Shown: positions 1-11,644 of the stretch, in pieces
Layout of the letters: each line of letters begins with the position of its first letter
How positions within the stretch are numbered: position 1 is the first letter of the stretch
Assembly (NCBI RefSeq): GCF_030684315.1
Contig: NC_081397.1
Location: 9,610,001 to 9,674,000 of the forward strand
DNA length: 64,000 nucleotides
Direction of reading: 5' to 3'
Source of the DNA: Stegostoma tigrinum
Lineage: Eukaryota
Program-made: the position numbers and the translations under genes
The notes under the pieces: model-generated
What the model was told of the DNA's origin: nothing
The model's input: the letters and a program-made list of their open reading frames with translations, nothing else
The model's database searches: none

Positions 1-100
1 TAGCGTAGGTTAGATGGGCTTGAGATCGGTATGACAGGTCGGCACAACAACATCGAGGGCCAAAGGGCCTGTACTGTGCTGTAATGTTCTACGTTCTATG
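1..100 (+). mobile_element. 3' tail of a CR1-type LINE
   Basis: GGCACAAC..ATCGAGGGCCAAAGGGCCTGTACTGTGCTGTAATGTTCTACGTTCTATG tail; similar tails end the CR1 copies at ~17930-17990 and ~41155-41175. Confidence 0.7.
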
Positions 101-104
101 TTTT

Positions 105-600
105 GTCATTAACTACCAGACGAATGTCCGAGTCCATTTACCGGTCAGTCCCTGTCAGTTTCAGCTGTGTGTCTGATTGTGCAGTTATAAATCTGTAACT
201 GGTAGTCTCTGTTACATGACTATTTCAGGACATTTATCAATCGTTCCCTATCAGCCAGTGAGTGTGCTGTGAATGTGCTTAGCAATTTGGATTTGCCAGT
301 CCTGGTATTGAAATATAAATAATTTCTCCTTGTCAGTTTCTGCTCGGTGTGTTAATGAGTGGAGTTAGAAATCTGTACCTATAATGTTTATACCACATGA
401 ATAAGAGTACAGATGTCAATCTTTCTCTGTCTGTTTCTGCTCTGTGAATATCAAAGTATAGTTATCAATCTGTACATGCCAGCTGCTGCTTTGTGAACCT
501 CCGAGTTTAGTTATCAGCCCAAGCCTGTCAGTTTCTGCTTTAAGAACGCAGGAGTGCAGTTATCAGCCTGTGCCTGTCAGTTATTGCTCCATGCATTTGT
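105..600 (-). repeat. Degenerate ~49-bp tandem repeat (minus orientation)
   Basis: Recurrent GTTATCAATCTGTACCTGTCAGTTTCTGCTCTGTGAA-like units, the reverse complement of the arrays at 16.7-18.8, 21.2-21.8, 37.0-38.5 and 44.9-45.5 kb. Confidence 0.75.
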
Positions 601-1706
601 TTTGTGCAATGGATTGTGTAATGTAAAAGCAAAAAGGTTTTGTAACTCCAAGAGAGCAGAGTCTAACTGACAGAAATTGTATCAAGGGCTGTTCTTCAAG
701 GTGACATCAGCTTTTCTGTGTACACAGGAACAGAATTTTGTGAATAATGCTGAGGGAATAGATTGATGTGGCATTCCTTTCTTTGAGTCTAAAGAAAAGG
801 GCAATGAACAAATCAACTGTATTCAGCTGAATGACCACGAGGTTCCTTCTACAGGGAAGGGTATCGGCTAATTCACTTAAATTATACTACCATGGATATA
901 ACAGAACCCTGCTCTGTTGTGCAATGGCACATGGCATCAGCAATACACTGACAATGCGCTGTCGTGGGGATGAAGAAAGAAAAAGGAATTGTATTTTCTG
1001 TCTTACAGTGGAGAAGATTTAACCTTATTGAATATGGTCGAACTGTGAGAAAGTAAAATTTGACAATTACAAGATTTAGTTAAATGGATCATTCTTCGTT
1101 GCTTTAAATGATGATTACATCACTAACGTGAAGAAACAGCATTCTGTTTTCTTGCGTGTTTCTGGAATATTTCATTGGGAGGGACAAGTGACACTAGAAA
1201 ACTGTTTAACTTAGTTGCCAAATTCACTTCAATGCTTCACCCCACACAAAAAAAAGAAATTTTGCAAGACAGACGGAAAATATGGTTTCTATTCCTGAAG
1301 GTGAACACATTGAGAATCACACTGTGATAAGGTAGATTGGCAAATCGTATACTGCCATGGCACACTTATTGAAATGGAATGCTGGCTGAACGGGATCAGA
1401 AATGTCAGGTGCTTGTTTTTGTCTACTATCAACCCCATGGGCTGAAAGGTATTTTTTTCTGTCTGGTAGACTCTCTTGCTTTTCTTAAAACAGAGCTGTA
1501 AACATTTTCTATGTATTTGCTTCTGTTCCCTGCAGTGTGTATGACAACAATGTATACCCAGTCTTTGTATGTTATGTGTTGATACAATGAGCATATTTGG
1601 GACTCAGTCAGCAGCTTTGTCTATGTGTTTGCATGTGCTCAGTAGTGATTTGCTACTTGTCAGACGTGGTTGTTCAAACTATGTAACATGTCTTCCTTTG
1701 AGGGGG

Positions 1707-3500
1707 TAACAAGGTGTAGAGCTGGATGAACACAGCAGGTCAGGCAGCAGAGGAGCAGGAGAGCTGACATTTTTGGATTGGACCCTTCTGTCAGAAATGG
1801 GGGGGGGGGGGGGGGGGGAAAGAGGGAAGAGAAAGGGACTCTGCAATAAATAGAGAGAAGTGAGGAGATGATGACGAAAGGTGGATAAAGGACCAGATAG
1901 GTGGAGAAAAGATGGCCAGTCAAGGAGGCAGGGCTGGAGCCAGTAACGGTAAGTGTAGGGAGGGAGGTCAGATTTGGGTTGAGGGAAGGCTGACAGGTCA
2001 AGGAGGCAGGGCTAAGGTTAGTAGGCCAAAGTGCGGGTGGGGGTTGATCAGTGAGGTGGGAGAAGCAGATTGGTTGGAGAAAAGATGGACAGGTCAAGGA
2101 GGCAGGGATGGGTTTGGGGTGGACAGATTTTGACGCCCTTGTTGAGAACATTGTGCTGCAGGGCTCCCAAGTGAAATACGAGCTGCTGCTCATGCACCCT
2201 TCCGGTGGCAATGTTGTGGCACTGGAGGCGGCCTGGGATGGACATGTCGTCCAACGAGTGGGAGGGGGTGTTGAAGTGGTTCATGACTGGGGAGGTGCAG
2301 TCGTTTGTCACGATGTGAGCGTAGGTGTTCAAAGTGGTTTCCAAGCCTCCGCTTGGTTTCCCCAATGTAGAGGGAGCCACATCGGGAACAGTGGACACAA
2401 CACAATGTATTACTGGACATACAGATGAACATCTGTTTAACATGGAAGGTTTTCTTGGGACCTGGGATGGAGATAAGGGGAGAGAGATATTGGGGCAGGT
2501 GTAGCACTTCCTGTGGTTCCAGTGAAATGTGCCAGGGGCGGTGGGGCTATGGGGAGTGTGGAGTGGATGAGGGAGTCAGAGAGAGCAGTCCCTCTGGAAG
2601 GTTGATAGGGTTGGGGAGGGAAAAGTGTCCTTGGGAGTGGGGTGAGATTGAAGGTGGCAGAAGTGGCGGAGGAAGATGCGTTGAATCCTGAGTTTGTTGG
2701 AGTGATCCGTGATGACAAAGGAGATTCTGTCTTTTTTGTTATTGTGAAGAGGGTGTCTAAGGGGCAAGTTGCAGAAATGAGAGCGATGAGGTCAAGGGCA
2801 TATTCAGCCACTGTGGAGTGGAAATGGCAGTCCTTGAAAAACAAGGACGTCTGCAATGACCGGGATTGGAATGCCTCATCTCGGGAGCAGATGAAACAGA
2901 GGAAGGAATTGGGAATAGGGGATGGCATTCTTGCAGGAAGGTAGGGGAGGGGAGGTGTATTCTAGGTAGCTGTGACAGTCGGTTGGCTTGAATTAGTTAC
3001 CAGTTTCCAGAAATGCAAACAAACAGAGTTGTCCAGGAAGGAGAGAGATGTACTTAAGATGGTCCAGGTGAAGTTAAACTTGGGGTGGAAGCTGTTAGTA
3101 AAGTGGATGAACTGTGAGTTCCTTGAGGGAGTACGAGGTGGCACCGATACAGTCATTGAAATAACAGAGGAAGAGGTGGGGGTGGGGACAGTGTAGCTGC
3201 AGAAGAGGGGCTGGTCCATGTATCCTACAAGAGGCAGGAATAGCTTGGGCCCATGTGGGTACCCGTGGCCACCCAATTTGACTGCAGAAAGTGGGAGCGT
3301 GAGAGACAGTGTGCATCAACGGGGCAGTCGGGTATGTGGATTTTGGGGATAAGGCAGAAACAGTTAACATGGCGTTGGGGAAAGATGAGGTCAGAGGCTG
3401 TTGGCAGGAGAGTACCTGAGGTGCTGAGGTTGAGGATGGTCTGGGAGTTGATATTGTTTTGGCGATTGGAGCAGGGTCATGATCAAAGGGGGTGGTAGGA
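1707..3500 (-). mobile_element. Degenerate Penelope-like retroelement (RT and GIY-YIG fragments, 3' terminal repeat)
   Basis: Frameshifted RT motifs (VGYMDQPLFCSY, LFLCYFNDCIG for YIDD, FTNSFHPKFNFTW) and GIY-YIG segment CSRCGSLYIGETKRRLGNHFEH. Ends in the terminal repeat with a decayed hammerhead core at 1766-1794. Confidence 0.85.
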
Positions 3501-3828
3501 GGAGTCTCTCTATCCGGTTTGAGATATTATAAAACACCTTTCCTAAATGCAAACTTGATCCAGTTCCTGTTTTCAGTACTTTCAACAAGGAGTCAGCTGT
3601 TAACATTTCAAACATGATGTGAATGTAAATGGGCGACAAATGATATTAATTGGAACGAGCATGATGTCAATTGACAATGAAAACAAAAAAAATAAACTTG
3701 CCTTTCCTCAGTTGTGCTTGGTTAGTTGTTTCCATGGACAAGTCTCTGGAAATTGAGCTCATACAAGTCTGATCCAATCCACTCTGACTATGGAAAAGAT
3801 ATTCTCCATTCTGATCACAGGAACATGC

Positions 3829-3900
3829 CTGGTGTTAGTTAGAAGCAACTGCTCACACTTGGCTTTGTAACAAGGAAATATTGTTTCTGCGAGTACTTTC
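3829..3900 (-). pseudogene. Exon 2 paralogue, unit A (degenerate, 72 nt)
   Basis: cttcctccag acceptor, then ...TTTCCTTGTTACAAAGCCAAGTGTGAGCAGTTGCTTCTAACTAACACCAG|gcatgt. It has a 10-nt deletion versus the 82-nt consensus and a GC donor; joining to exon 1 A creates T|GA stop. Confidence 0.55.
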
Positions 3901-4688
3901 CTGGAGGAAGACAGAAGAGTTATCTCCTGTAAATCAACATCAGCCAAATTTGACAATATCAATCAGATTAACATATATTCAGTGAACAGTTTTTAGGGTG
4001 TTTCGTTTCTTGAACTTCAGCTCCCAAAGCAACAGAACTCCAAAATAAACCTGTTGGACAACAGCATAGAATTCTCTTGACACAGTCTTTTCTTTAAAGG
4101 GCATCAATTCAAACACAAGTCTGATTCCATTCTTACATCGAGCTGCTCCTTGTCTGAGGAATTTTTTTTCAAATATTTCATTCGATACCAACGGAGTGAG
4201 ATTCAGAAACTGAGCAATAATTGCAAAGCTCCATCTGAGGTGCGACCTGAAGATGCTACACTGTTGACACAGCTCATGTTACCAGATCCCAACACACTGT
4301 TGAAAAGAACAGCAGCCGCTGTTTCAAATGTGTTTTTTCCCCCCGAGACGTATAATCTGTTAACTCCAATCTACGTCCTTTATCGGAAGCCCCACAACTG
4401 GCAACTAACAGCGTGAAACAGCAGCCAAACAATGAATTTCCATCAGTGTTTAGAAGACTAAAAACTACAAGACTGATCCCCAGCAGCAGCTTCTTGCCGC
4501 TGTGTCTCCCTCAGCAGGCCCACACACAGCCCGAGAAAGGCCTCTCTCTCCCCGCCCCCAGGCCGCTCACTCCAAGTTCCGGGACCAGTTCCTGCTTCCC
4601 TCCGCCTCTGACCAACAGCCCCCGGTTCTCCCTGAACTGAGCGCGAATCAGTGCCGGTCTCGGAGCCCCTTCTGTGTCCCAGACTCAC

Positions 4689-4752
4689 ATCTCGATGTGC
4701 TGCTGGAAGGAGCCCGCTGTTCCCTCGCTTCCCTGGGCGCTGGTCTCTCCAT
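4689..4752 (-). pseudogene. Exon 1 of unknown gene family, unit A (MERPAPREAREQRAPSSSTSR)
   Basis: GCCGCAATGG Kozak context, 64-nt coding part, GAT|GTGAGT donor. Near-identical to 9041-9104 and 34594-34657. Confidence 0.55.
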
Positions 4753-4786
4753 TGCGGCCTGTTTCAAACAAACCTCTTCCACTCAC

Positions 4787-4837
4787 TGAGTCAACACTCC
4801 TCAATGCCATCACTGGGGGAGGGTCTCACGCATGCGC
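4787..4837 (-). promoter_or_regulatory. Unit A promoter motifs (NRF1-like GCGCATGCGT, AP-1 TGACTCA)
   Basis: ACGCATGCGC at 4828-4837 and TGAGTCA at 4787-4793 in a GC-rich block conserved in units B and E. Confidence 0.55.
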
Positions 4838-5499
4838 TCCTTTCATCGGCTGCCGGCGTCTTGGTGGTTTGGGAGGAAGGAACACCCCTGCGCTGCTAAC
4901 ACACCAATTTGCTTGAAACCGACCTTGCCCACAGCGCGGACAGGACACGGGATCATTGCCTGATCTGTCTGTAACAGGCAGGAGGGAAGCGCGGAGATTG
5001 ATACAGCCCAGGCAAACTGATCAACCGGCCGTGTAACCGTGGGTAATCAATCTTATCAAACACGCCGAATTAAACTTCTTCAAAGCGATTAATTGCAAAA
5101 TCCCTTTTTTTCGGGACATGTTTATTTCTCCCAGATTGTAAACATTCCGAACACAATTTGGAATTACTGCCTGAAATGTGTTTCGCAGGTAAATGGGAGG
5201 AATACACCGTTAAAACATCGCCAGAGGTCCTATCATCAAAATTAAACAAATTAACATTCCTGGAAGGTTTAATGAGATGCATTTCCTGCATTATGTAAGA
5301 TTTGTGTCTGGGCAGAATTACAAGTCGCGGTATGAAATAGCCAGATGCAGTTCCAGTGACCCTCCCCATGTGATACCATCCCCATTCTCAGTCTCTGCTC
5401 TCGGAAATGTGATATTTCAGTTACTCGAATCAATTCAAGTTTATGCTGTGTCTGCACTCGGAACCGGGACAGGGATCATTTGAGAGATAGACGGAATTA

Positions 5500-5669
5500 C
5501 AGATGCTGGACAATCTGAAATAACAAGGTGTAGAGTCGGATGGACAGAGCAAGCCGAGCAGCACCAGAGAAGCAGGAAGAAGGATCTGGGCCCGAAACGT
5601 CAGCTTTCCTGCTCCTCTGATGCTGCTTGGCCTGTTATGGTCATCCAGCTCTGCACCATGTTATTTCAG
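5500..5669. mobile_element. Fold-back (inverted) dimer of Penelope terminal repeat
   Basis: CTGAAATAACAAGGTGTAGAG...AGCAGGAA is the reverse complement of TTCCTGCT...CTCTGCACCATGTTATTTCAG; GGCCCGAAACGTC lies in the loop. Confidence 0.75.
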
Positions 5670-5688
5670 GGATCATTCGATCCGGGCT

Positions 5689-5729
5689 CAGCTCTTTCCT
5701 GAGAGATGTGGGCGGCTCTGAGAAGAGCC
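5689..5729 (-). terminator. H1 histone 3' stem-loop and HDE
   Basis: GGCTCTTCTCAGAGCC at 5714-5729 (minus), followed by AAAGAGCTG (U7-binding HDE) at 5689-5697. Confidence 0.95.
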
Positions 5730-5765
5730 TTTGGGTTCAGTTTGTTACATGTTACACGGACTGCT

Positions 5766-6404
5766 TCATTTCTTTGCTGCTTTCTTGGTCACTTTCGCTT
5801 TGGGCTTGGCCTTCGGTTTCCTCGATTTCGGGGCCGGCTTGGCGGCCTTGGGGCTCTTGGTCTTTGTCACCTTCTTCACGGGAGTCTTTTTCTTCGGCGC
5901 TGCTTTCTTCGCCGCTTTCTTTGGCGTTGCTGCCTTCTTGCCGCCCGCTTTCTTGCCTGTTGCTTTCTTGGCTGGGGACTTCTTCGCTGCCACCTTCTTG
6001 GCCGTTGTTTTCTTCACGGCTGCTTTCTTGGCGGCTGCTGCTGGACTCGCCTTCTTTCCCACTTTTGCCTTGACTGGATTCTTTGCGAGTTTGAAGGAGC
6101 CGGAGACGCCCTGGCCCTTCACCAGAACCAGGGAGCCTTTCGCCAGGCACCTCTTAGCAGCCATCCTGATCTGTGCATTTTGCTTCTCCACATTGACCCC
6201 GCTTCTCTGCAGCGCCTTCTTTATAGCGACCAGAGACGTCCCCTTCCGATCGCTGTTCTCCCCGACAATCTTCACAATCCGCTCGCCCAACCCGGGACCG
6301 GCTGGTTTCTTCATGGGAGCCGCCGCCTTCTTCTTCTTTGGAGACTTGGGTTTGGTGCTGCCGGAGGCTGGAGGAGCCGTTTCGGCGGCTGCACTGTCGC
6401 TCAT
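5766..6404 (-). CDS. H1: Linker histone H1 (212 aa, replication-dependent type, divergent globular domain)
   Basis: Globular domain ending KGQGVSGSFKL, Lys/Ala/Pro-rich tail with S/TPxK motifs, intronless, with stem-loop. Confidence 0.96.
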   Translation of the reverse strand: MSDSAAAETAPPASGSTKPKSPKKKKAAAPMKKPAGPGLGERIVKIVGENSDRKGTSLVAIKKALQRSGVNVEKQNAQIRMAAKRCLAKGSLVLVKGQGVSGSFKLAKNPVKAKVGKKASPAAAAKKAAVKKTTAKKVAAKKSPAKKATGKKAGGKKAATPKKAAKKAAPKKKTPVKKVTKTKSPKAAKPAPKSRKPKAKPKAKVTKKAAKK

Positions 6405-6484
6405 GTCGGGAACTCTGCGCTGAATCTCTCTCTGTCAGACTGAACTGGGTCAGCAATGAAGCTGCTGGTGGCGGCACTGAGCAA

Positions 6485-6560
6485 CTTAAAGGCAGCGAGC
6501 GGACGGCGCGGAGACAACCTGCCCTCAGCTCCCTGCTCCTGCTGCCTGTCTGTGTTTCTC
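6485..6560 (-). promoter_or_regulatory. H1 promoter: TATA-like TTTAAG and H1 (AC) box AAACACA
   Basis: TTTAAG at 6485-6490 and AAACACA at 6551-6557 on the H1 strand. Confidence 0.7.
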
Positions 6561-7369
6561 TCTCGGCACAAACTCTCCAATTCCTCTGCCATTCCGCATC
6601 TCCAGAGAGCCAGGCTCGATCGTTCCTGACCCTGACACGGGAAGGTTTGCGGCTGAAAGGTTTTCACTCGAATTGACGGCTCCGTTGTCGATTTTACCGC
6701 ATTTTGCTGCTGCACTGATCGCGCTGTCTGAGCTGAGCGCTGGCATTATCATCATTTTTAGACTGAAATCTTGAAATCAACAAATATATTGCCTTGAATT
6801 CTATCTTTAGGGTTTAGTGGAGGAGCAGGGGGATGATTTGAAATGAAAATCTTTTTGATTTGCACAAGAGAGACGTGGAAATATCATGATATGAGCGGAC
6901 ACACAAGCACATTTACGTGTGACTATCCCGCCCGCCCTTTTCCGACAGTCTCTCTGACTCAATATTCACATCCATACAGTCACAGGGCAGAAATATCTCT
7001 AAATGTACCTGTGGGAGGATGTACTTTCTCCCCCTTTCAGCCTGTGCTCCGGTACCCAGGGAATTAGTTGTAGTTTTTCTCCTCAGTAATTGTGAAACTC
7101 TCCGAGGTCTGTGCGCCGGAGATTCGTTCTGCTGCATATTCAGCTGCAAGAGCCAATCATCTGGTTTGAAGTTACATTGATCACCGAGATCAGTTTTTTC
7201 TTTCATTGCAGTGACAATACTCAACATCGTTTCTGGGAATCACACTCATATAAACGTAAAGAATAGCAACTGGGCAAATAACACCCATCAGCCCTTCAAA
7301 CCTCTCCTCCCACTCACCATGAAAATGGCAGATCATCCAACTCAATGGCTTGTCTCTGTTTTTTTTCTC

Positions 7370-7785
7370 CCACAGAGTCATACAGTGAGGATGCAGACCG
7401 TTCAGTCCAATCAGTAGAGGCCGAGTATAATACCAAATTGAATTCGTTCCATCTACCTGTCCCTGACCTATTTCTTTTCAAAACTGTCGTGTTTATGCAC
7501 TTCTCCAAATGTCGTTTTAATGTCATTATAGCCACGTCGACCATTTCGACAGGTAGTTTATTCCACATCCTTCCGTGTTCTATGTTTAAAAAACGCCCCT
7601 CGTGTCTTTTTTTTCAATCTCTCGCCTGTAACATTAAAATGTCCGCCCTGGTTTTCTATTCCCTCCATCCCAAACAAAGTTCAACGACCATTAACTCTGT
7701 CTCACCCCATCAGTATTTTACAAACTGTGAGAAGGTGACTTCTCAACATCCTACTCTCCAGTGAAAAAAAGCCCCAGCCTATCCA
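7370..7785 (-). mobile_element. CR1 LINE 3' fragment
   Basis: WNKLPVEMVD...LKRHLEK matches the CR1 ORF2 C-terminus, followed by tail sequence. Confidence 0.7.
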
Positions 7786-7989
7786 TGAAAACACGGTGTG
7801 GAACTGAATGAACCTAGCAGGTCAAGCAGCATCTTAGGGACAGGAAACGTTATGGATCTTGACCCCTATCCATCCTTTCTATATGACTCGAGCCTTACAT
7901 ACTCTGCAAATACTAGTGAATCTCTTCTCAAATTTCAAAAACGGTGTTAAATAGCCCTCTAAAATGACAGTTTTGTAGACTGTAAAAAG

Positions 7990-8290
7990 ACCACCATCCA
8001 TACTCACGAATATATCCATTTGAAAGGGCTTGGGCAGTTGATGTGGAGGAACACCACCTTGATACTAGCCACGTTCCCCTCCAATCACCCACAATCCTAA
8101 CTTGGAAATACGTCCCCTTGCCTTCACTGTCTCTGAATCAAGACCCTGGATCTACCTGCGAACTGCAATGTGGGCAGCACATGGACCAGAACTATTTTAG
8201 AAGGTGGCTCAGCACCAACTTCTCAATGGGGGAAACTAGGGACGCGCAATAAATGCTGGACCAAGCCAGAGACGTCCTCTTCCCAGGAAT
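7990..8290 (+). mobile_element. Old LINE (L2-like) 3' fragment
   Basis: ATCCTAACTTGGAAATA...GCAATAAATGCTGG tail; same family at 12450-12775 and 32760-33430. Confidence 0.5.
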
Positions 8291-8896
8291 GCGCAAACCA
8301 GAAAAAACAGGTGGGTCATTCGTTGCGGTAACCCATTCATCACAAGGTTTCTGCCTGCAGCATACTGAGAATAAAATCAGTCATCAATTCCAAACTGGTA
8401 TTTGCATCGGGCCCAGGGATATTATTACACTCCTCTGGTCCGGGTGTGGCTTTAGGACGGCCCACCTGACCCAGAAATAGGGAAACTACCTCTGCGCTGC
8501 AAGACACCCCACAGCAGTTACATTCTGCCTTCGTCATAATGTCGCATTTATTCCATCGCTCTGTGAGTCAATATGGGACGAAGGCCAGCAGAATTAAATA
8601 TCACAGTTAACATGAGATCAGACGTGATTTTATTGATAGTAGAGAATATTAAATGGGCCGAACGGCTGCCAGCTTCTCCGCTTCCCCACCAGGTTGTGAG
8701 AAAGCCGGGGGGAGGCAGATATTAACATGACCCGGGAATGAGCTCCATTGGAGCTTCACAAAGGGCCAATGCCCCAGTTTGAAACACTTTATGCCATTTC
8801 CCCCACAGCCTCCATTCGCTTTGCTTAAACTGGGAGGAAAGGGAATTGGGCAAGTAACCAATTGATGTTTGTTTCTGGGACACAGCGGGGAAAGCA

Positions 8897-9030
8897 GCGC
8901 ATGCGTGATCCTTGCTATGCCCACCCCGAAAAAGCTGCTTGTTGCTGACCAGAGGAGCGCATGCGTGAAGCTTTCCGCTGAGCCGCTGTTGAGGGGCATT
9001 GACTCAGTGAGTGGAAGAGGTTTGTTTGAA
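8897..9030 (+). promoter_or_regulatory. Unit B GC-rich promoter (two NRF1-like sites, AP-1, CHR-like)
   Basis: GCGCATGCGT at 8897-8906 and 8957-8966, TGACTCA at 9000-9006, TTTGAA at 9025-9030. Confidence 0.6.
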
Positions 9031-9040
9031 ACAGGCCGCA

Positions 9041-9104
9041 ATGGAGAGACCAGCGCCCAGGGAAGCGAGGGAACAGCAGGCTCCTTCCAGCAGCGCATCG
9101 AGAT
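9041..9104 (+). CDS. Candidate coding exon 1, unit B (MERPAPREAREQQAPSSSASR, phase-1 donor)
   Basis: Strong Kozak GCCGCAATGG and GAT|GTGAGT donor; frame is compatible with the open frame of the exon-2 paralogues. Confidence 0.55.
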
Positions 9105-9203
9105 GTGAGTCTGGGACACAGAGGGGGCTCCGAGACTGGCATTGATTCGGGCTCAGTTCAGGGAGACCCGGGGACTGTTGGTAAGAGGCCGAGCGGAGTA
9201 GGA

Positions 9204-9294
9204 TAATAAAATGTGAGGCTGGATGAGCACAGCAGGCCAAGCAGCATCTCAGGAGCACAAAAGCTGACGTTTCGGGCCGAGACCCTTTATCAGA
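9204..9294 (-). mobile_element. 91-bp Penelope terminal-repeat insertion with 13-bp TSD
   Basis: Absent from units A and E. Flanked by GAGCGGAG(T/C)AGGA at 9191-9203 and 9295-9307. Starts with hammerhead-like CTGATAA-AGGGTCTCGGCCC-GAAAC-GTC. Confidence 0.85.
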
Positions 9295-9910
9295 GAGCGG
9301 AGCAGGAACTGGTCCCGGAACTTGGAGTGAGCGGCCTGGGGGCGGGGACAGGGAGGCCTTTCTCGGGCTGTGTGTGGGCCTCCTGAGGGAGACGCAGCGG
9401 CAAGAAGCTGCTGCTGGGGGTCAGGCTTGTAGCTTTTAGTCTTCTAAACACTGATGGAAATTCATTGTTTGGCTGCTGTTTCACGCTGTTAGTTGCGAGT
9501 TTGCATTGAACCGTGAATAAAACAAAGCAGTGTGTGCAAACGGGCTCATCCCGCGAAGGAGAAATATAGCAGTCACCGGATTAAGAGTTTCCAGCAAAAT
9601 ATTTGAAATCGTGCCTGTTGTGCTTCCCTTCAATAGTTCGTGTATTGGGAGCTGGATATTGAACCGTGTAAGCATTCCATTCGTGGATCTGGTTAGCTTT
9701 TGTATCTTAGTAAATTGTTTTAGAATTTCGCTAAAAGAAAGAGGAGGAACCCGGGTTAGTTGTGTAACCGGACTCTTTTCTGTTCGACTCGTTGGCTTTA
9801 AAACAAGGAATTATCATGAGTATTCACGAAATTTTCTATTGATGAGCTTTGATATTTTGAAACTCGGTAGATGTCGATTTACGGGAGAATTCTCTTTTGT
9901 CTTTCTCCAG

Positions 9911-9991
9911 GCAATTATCTGATGTGTCAAGACAATGTCACGTTTCCGTGGTGCAACACCAAGTGTGACGAGCTGCTCCTACTAACAGCAG
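9911..9991 (+). CDS. Candidate exon 2, unit B (81 nt; (C)NYLMCQDNVTFPWCNTKCDELLLLTA)
   Basis: ctttctccag acceptor, CAG|gtatgt donor, open phase-1 frame; 1 nt shorter than the paralogues. Confidence 0.5.
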
Positions 9992-10314
9992 GTATGTTCC
10001 CACTGTCAGAGCGGAGACTGTCCTTTCCACAGTCGCGGCTTAAGTAAGACTCGCATTGAACGCAATTTCCATAAAGAAACAATTAAACCAGCGAACAAAT
10101 GCCACCAACAAAATACAAAATGTAACCTTTTTTTTCCTCTTCTCAATATAAACTAACCCAGTTCCAGGAAAGTTTATCTTTGACAGCCCATTGTCATTCA
10201 CAGCATTTGAAGAGAATAGATTGAATTTATGTCACAAATATACTCTCAATAACTACATTGAATTCACATTAAGCGAGGGTATTTTTATAGTTATAATCCA
10301 GGTATACAACCTGA

Positions 10315-10830
10315 TCACAAGGTTTAGAGCTGGATGAACACAACAGGCCAAGCAGCATCATAGGAGCAGGAAAGCTGATGTTTCTGATGAAAAGTTTAGG
10401 CCCAAAATGTCAGCTTTCCTGCCCCTGAGATGCTGCTTGGCCTGCTGTCTTCATCCAGCTCCACACCTTGTTATCTCGGATTCTCCAGCATCTGCAGTTC
10501 CATTTAAGTCTGATACAAACAGATCAAGTTGTTACAATGACCATTATATGGAGTAGGTATTGAGTACAAATATGGAAGGAAACTTTTGATGTTTATCAGT
10601 GACTGAGGACAGAAATAGTAAACAAAAACAGAATTTTCTGGAAAAGCTCAGCAGGCCTGGCAGCATGCGTGAAGAGAAATCAGAATTAATGTTTCGGATC
10701 CAGTGACCTTTGCGCAGAACTGAGGAAGTGTTTGAAAAGTTAACCATGATTTCTCTTCACGTGCTGCCAGACCTGCTTTGCGTTTCCTGCATATTCCATG
10801 TTTGTTTCTGACTTGCAGCACCTGAAGTTT
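10315..10830. mobile_element. Two fold-back Penelope terminal-repeat dimers (two subfamilies)
   Basis: 10315-10510 and ~10615-10830 each consist of inverted arms around a decayed hammerhead-like core. Confidence 0.7.
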
Positions 10831-11644
10831 TTTGAGTTTTTATTTAGGACTAAAATTATCTTTTGATGAATGATGTCCCATACAAAGACACAGAAATTAA
10901 ATAATGTGAAATGCAAATGCACTTTCTCTGCCAAAGCCTGACAAGTAGAGAATGCAGCATGGTCTGTCAGATACAGAATAAAATTCTCCAAATAAATAAA
11001 TGAAAAAAAAACTCAATATCCCAGTACACAAAGTGAAACTAAGTATCTCAGTAAAACTGGAAACAGCCTACACTGACTCACAGGGCCAGCTTTTTTAAAA
11101 GAAAAATAAGCTTGTCTGTCCATTTCTACATGATATCTTTACACTGACGCACTATCCAACACTTGGATTCATGAAAATGCCTCAGAAATACAGACCAAGT
11201 ACATGTCAGAAGCAGGCCATTCAGCCCATTGTGCTTGCTCTAGAACATTTGTACTCTTCAACTGTTTCCACAAATTGTTGAGAATATAATCTGCTCTCCA
11301 CCTCCTTACCCCCTCAGACTGACAGAAAGCTCATAAACTGCAAATGGAAATGGGGTTAAGGCTCACTCTCTACGCCCTCATAACTATTCTCTCAGATTGA
11401 AGCACAGTCACAGAATATCACTGGTGGCCAGAGAATAAAACTATTTTGATGCACAAGAGTAGAAATTGATTATTTTGGATTGAGAACTTCACTCTCACAG
11501 TCACACAGCAAAAACTGGTGTTTGCAACAATTACTAAACTCACAAATGGACATAACAGAAACGGAAAGGCATACATTAATAGTTGCTCTTGTTCACGTTG
11601 CAGTAACTGACAAGAAAAGAATGATAATAACTCTCACATTCTCA

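Noticed and set aside
5627-6443. Long plus-strand ORFs (up to 245 aa) over H1, and similar antisense ORFs over H2B, H2A, H3 and H4
   Set aside because: Antisense shadows of biased histone codon usage; motifs like WVALKRAFG are simply the translated stem-loop.
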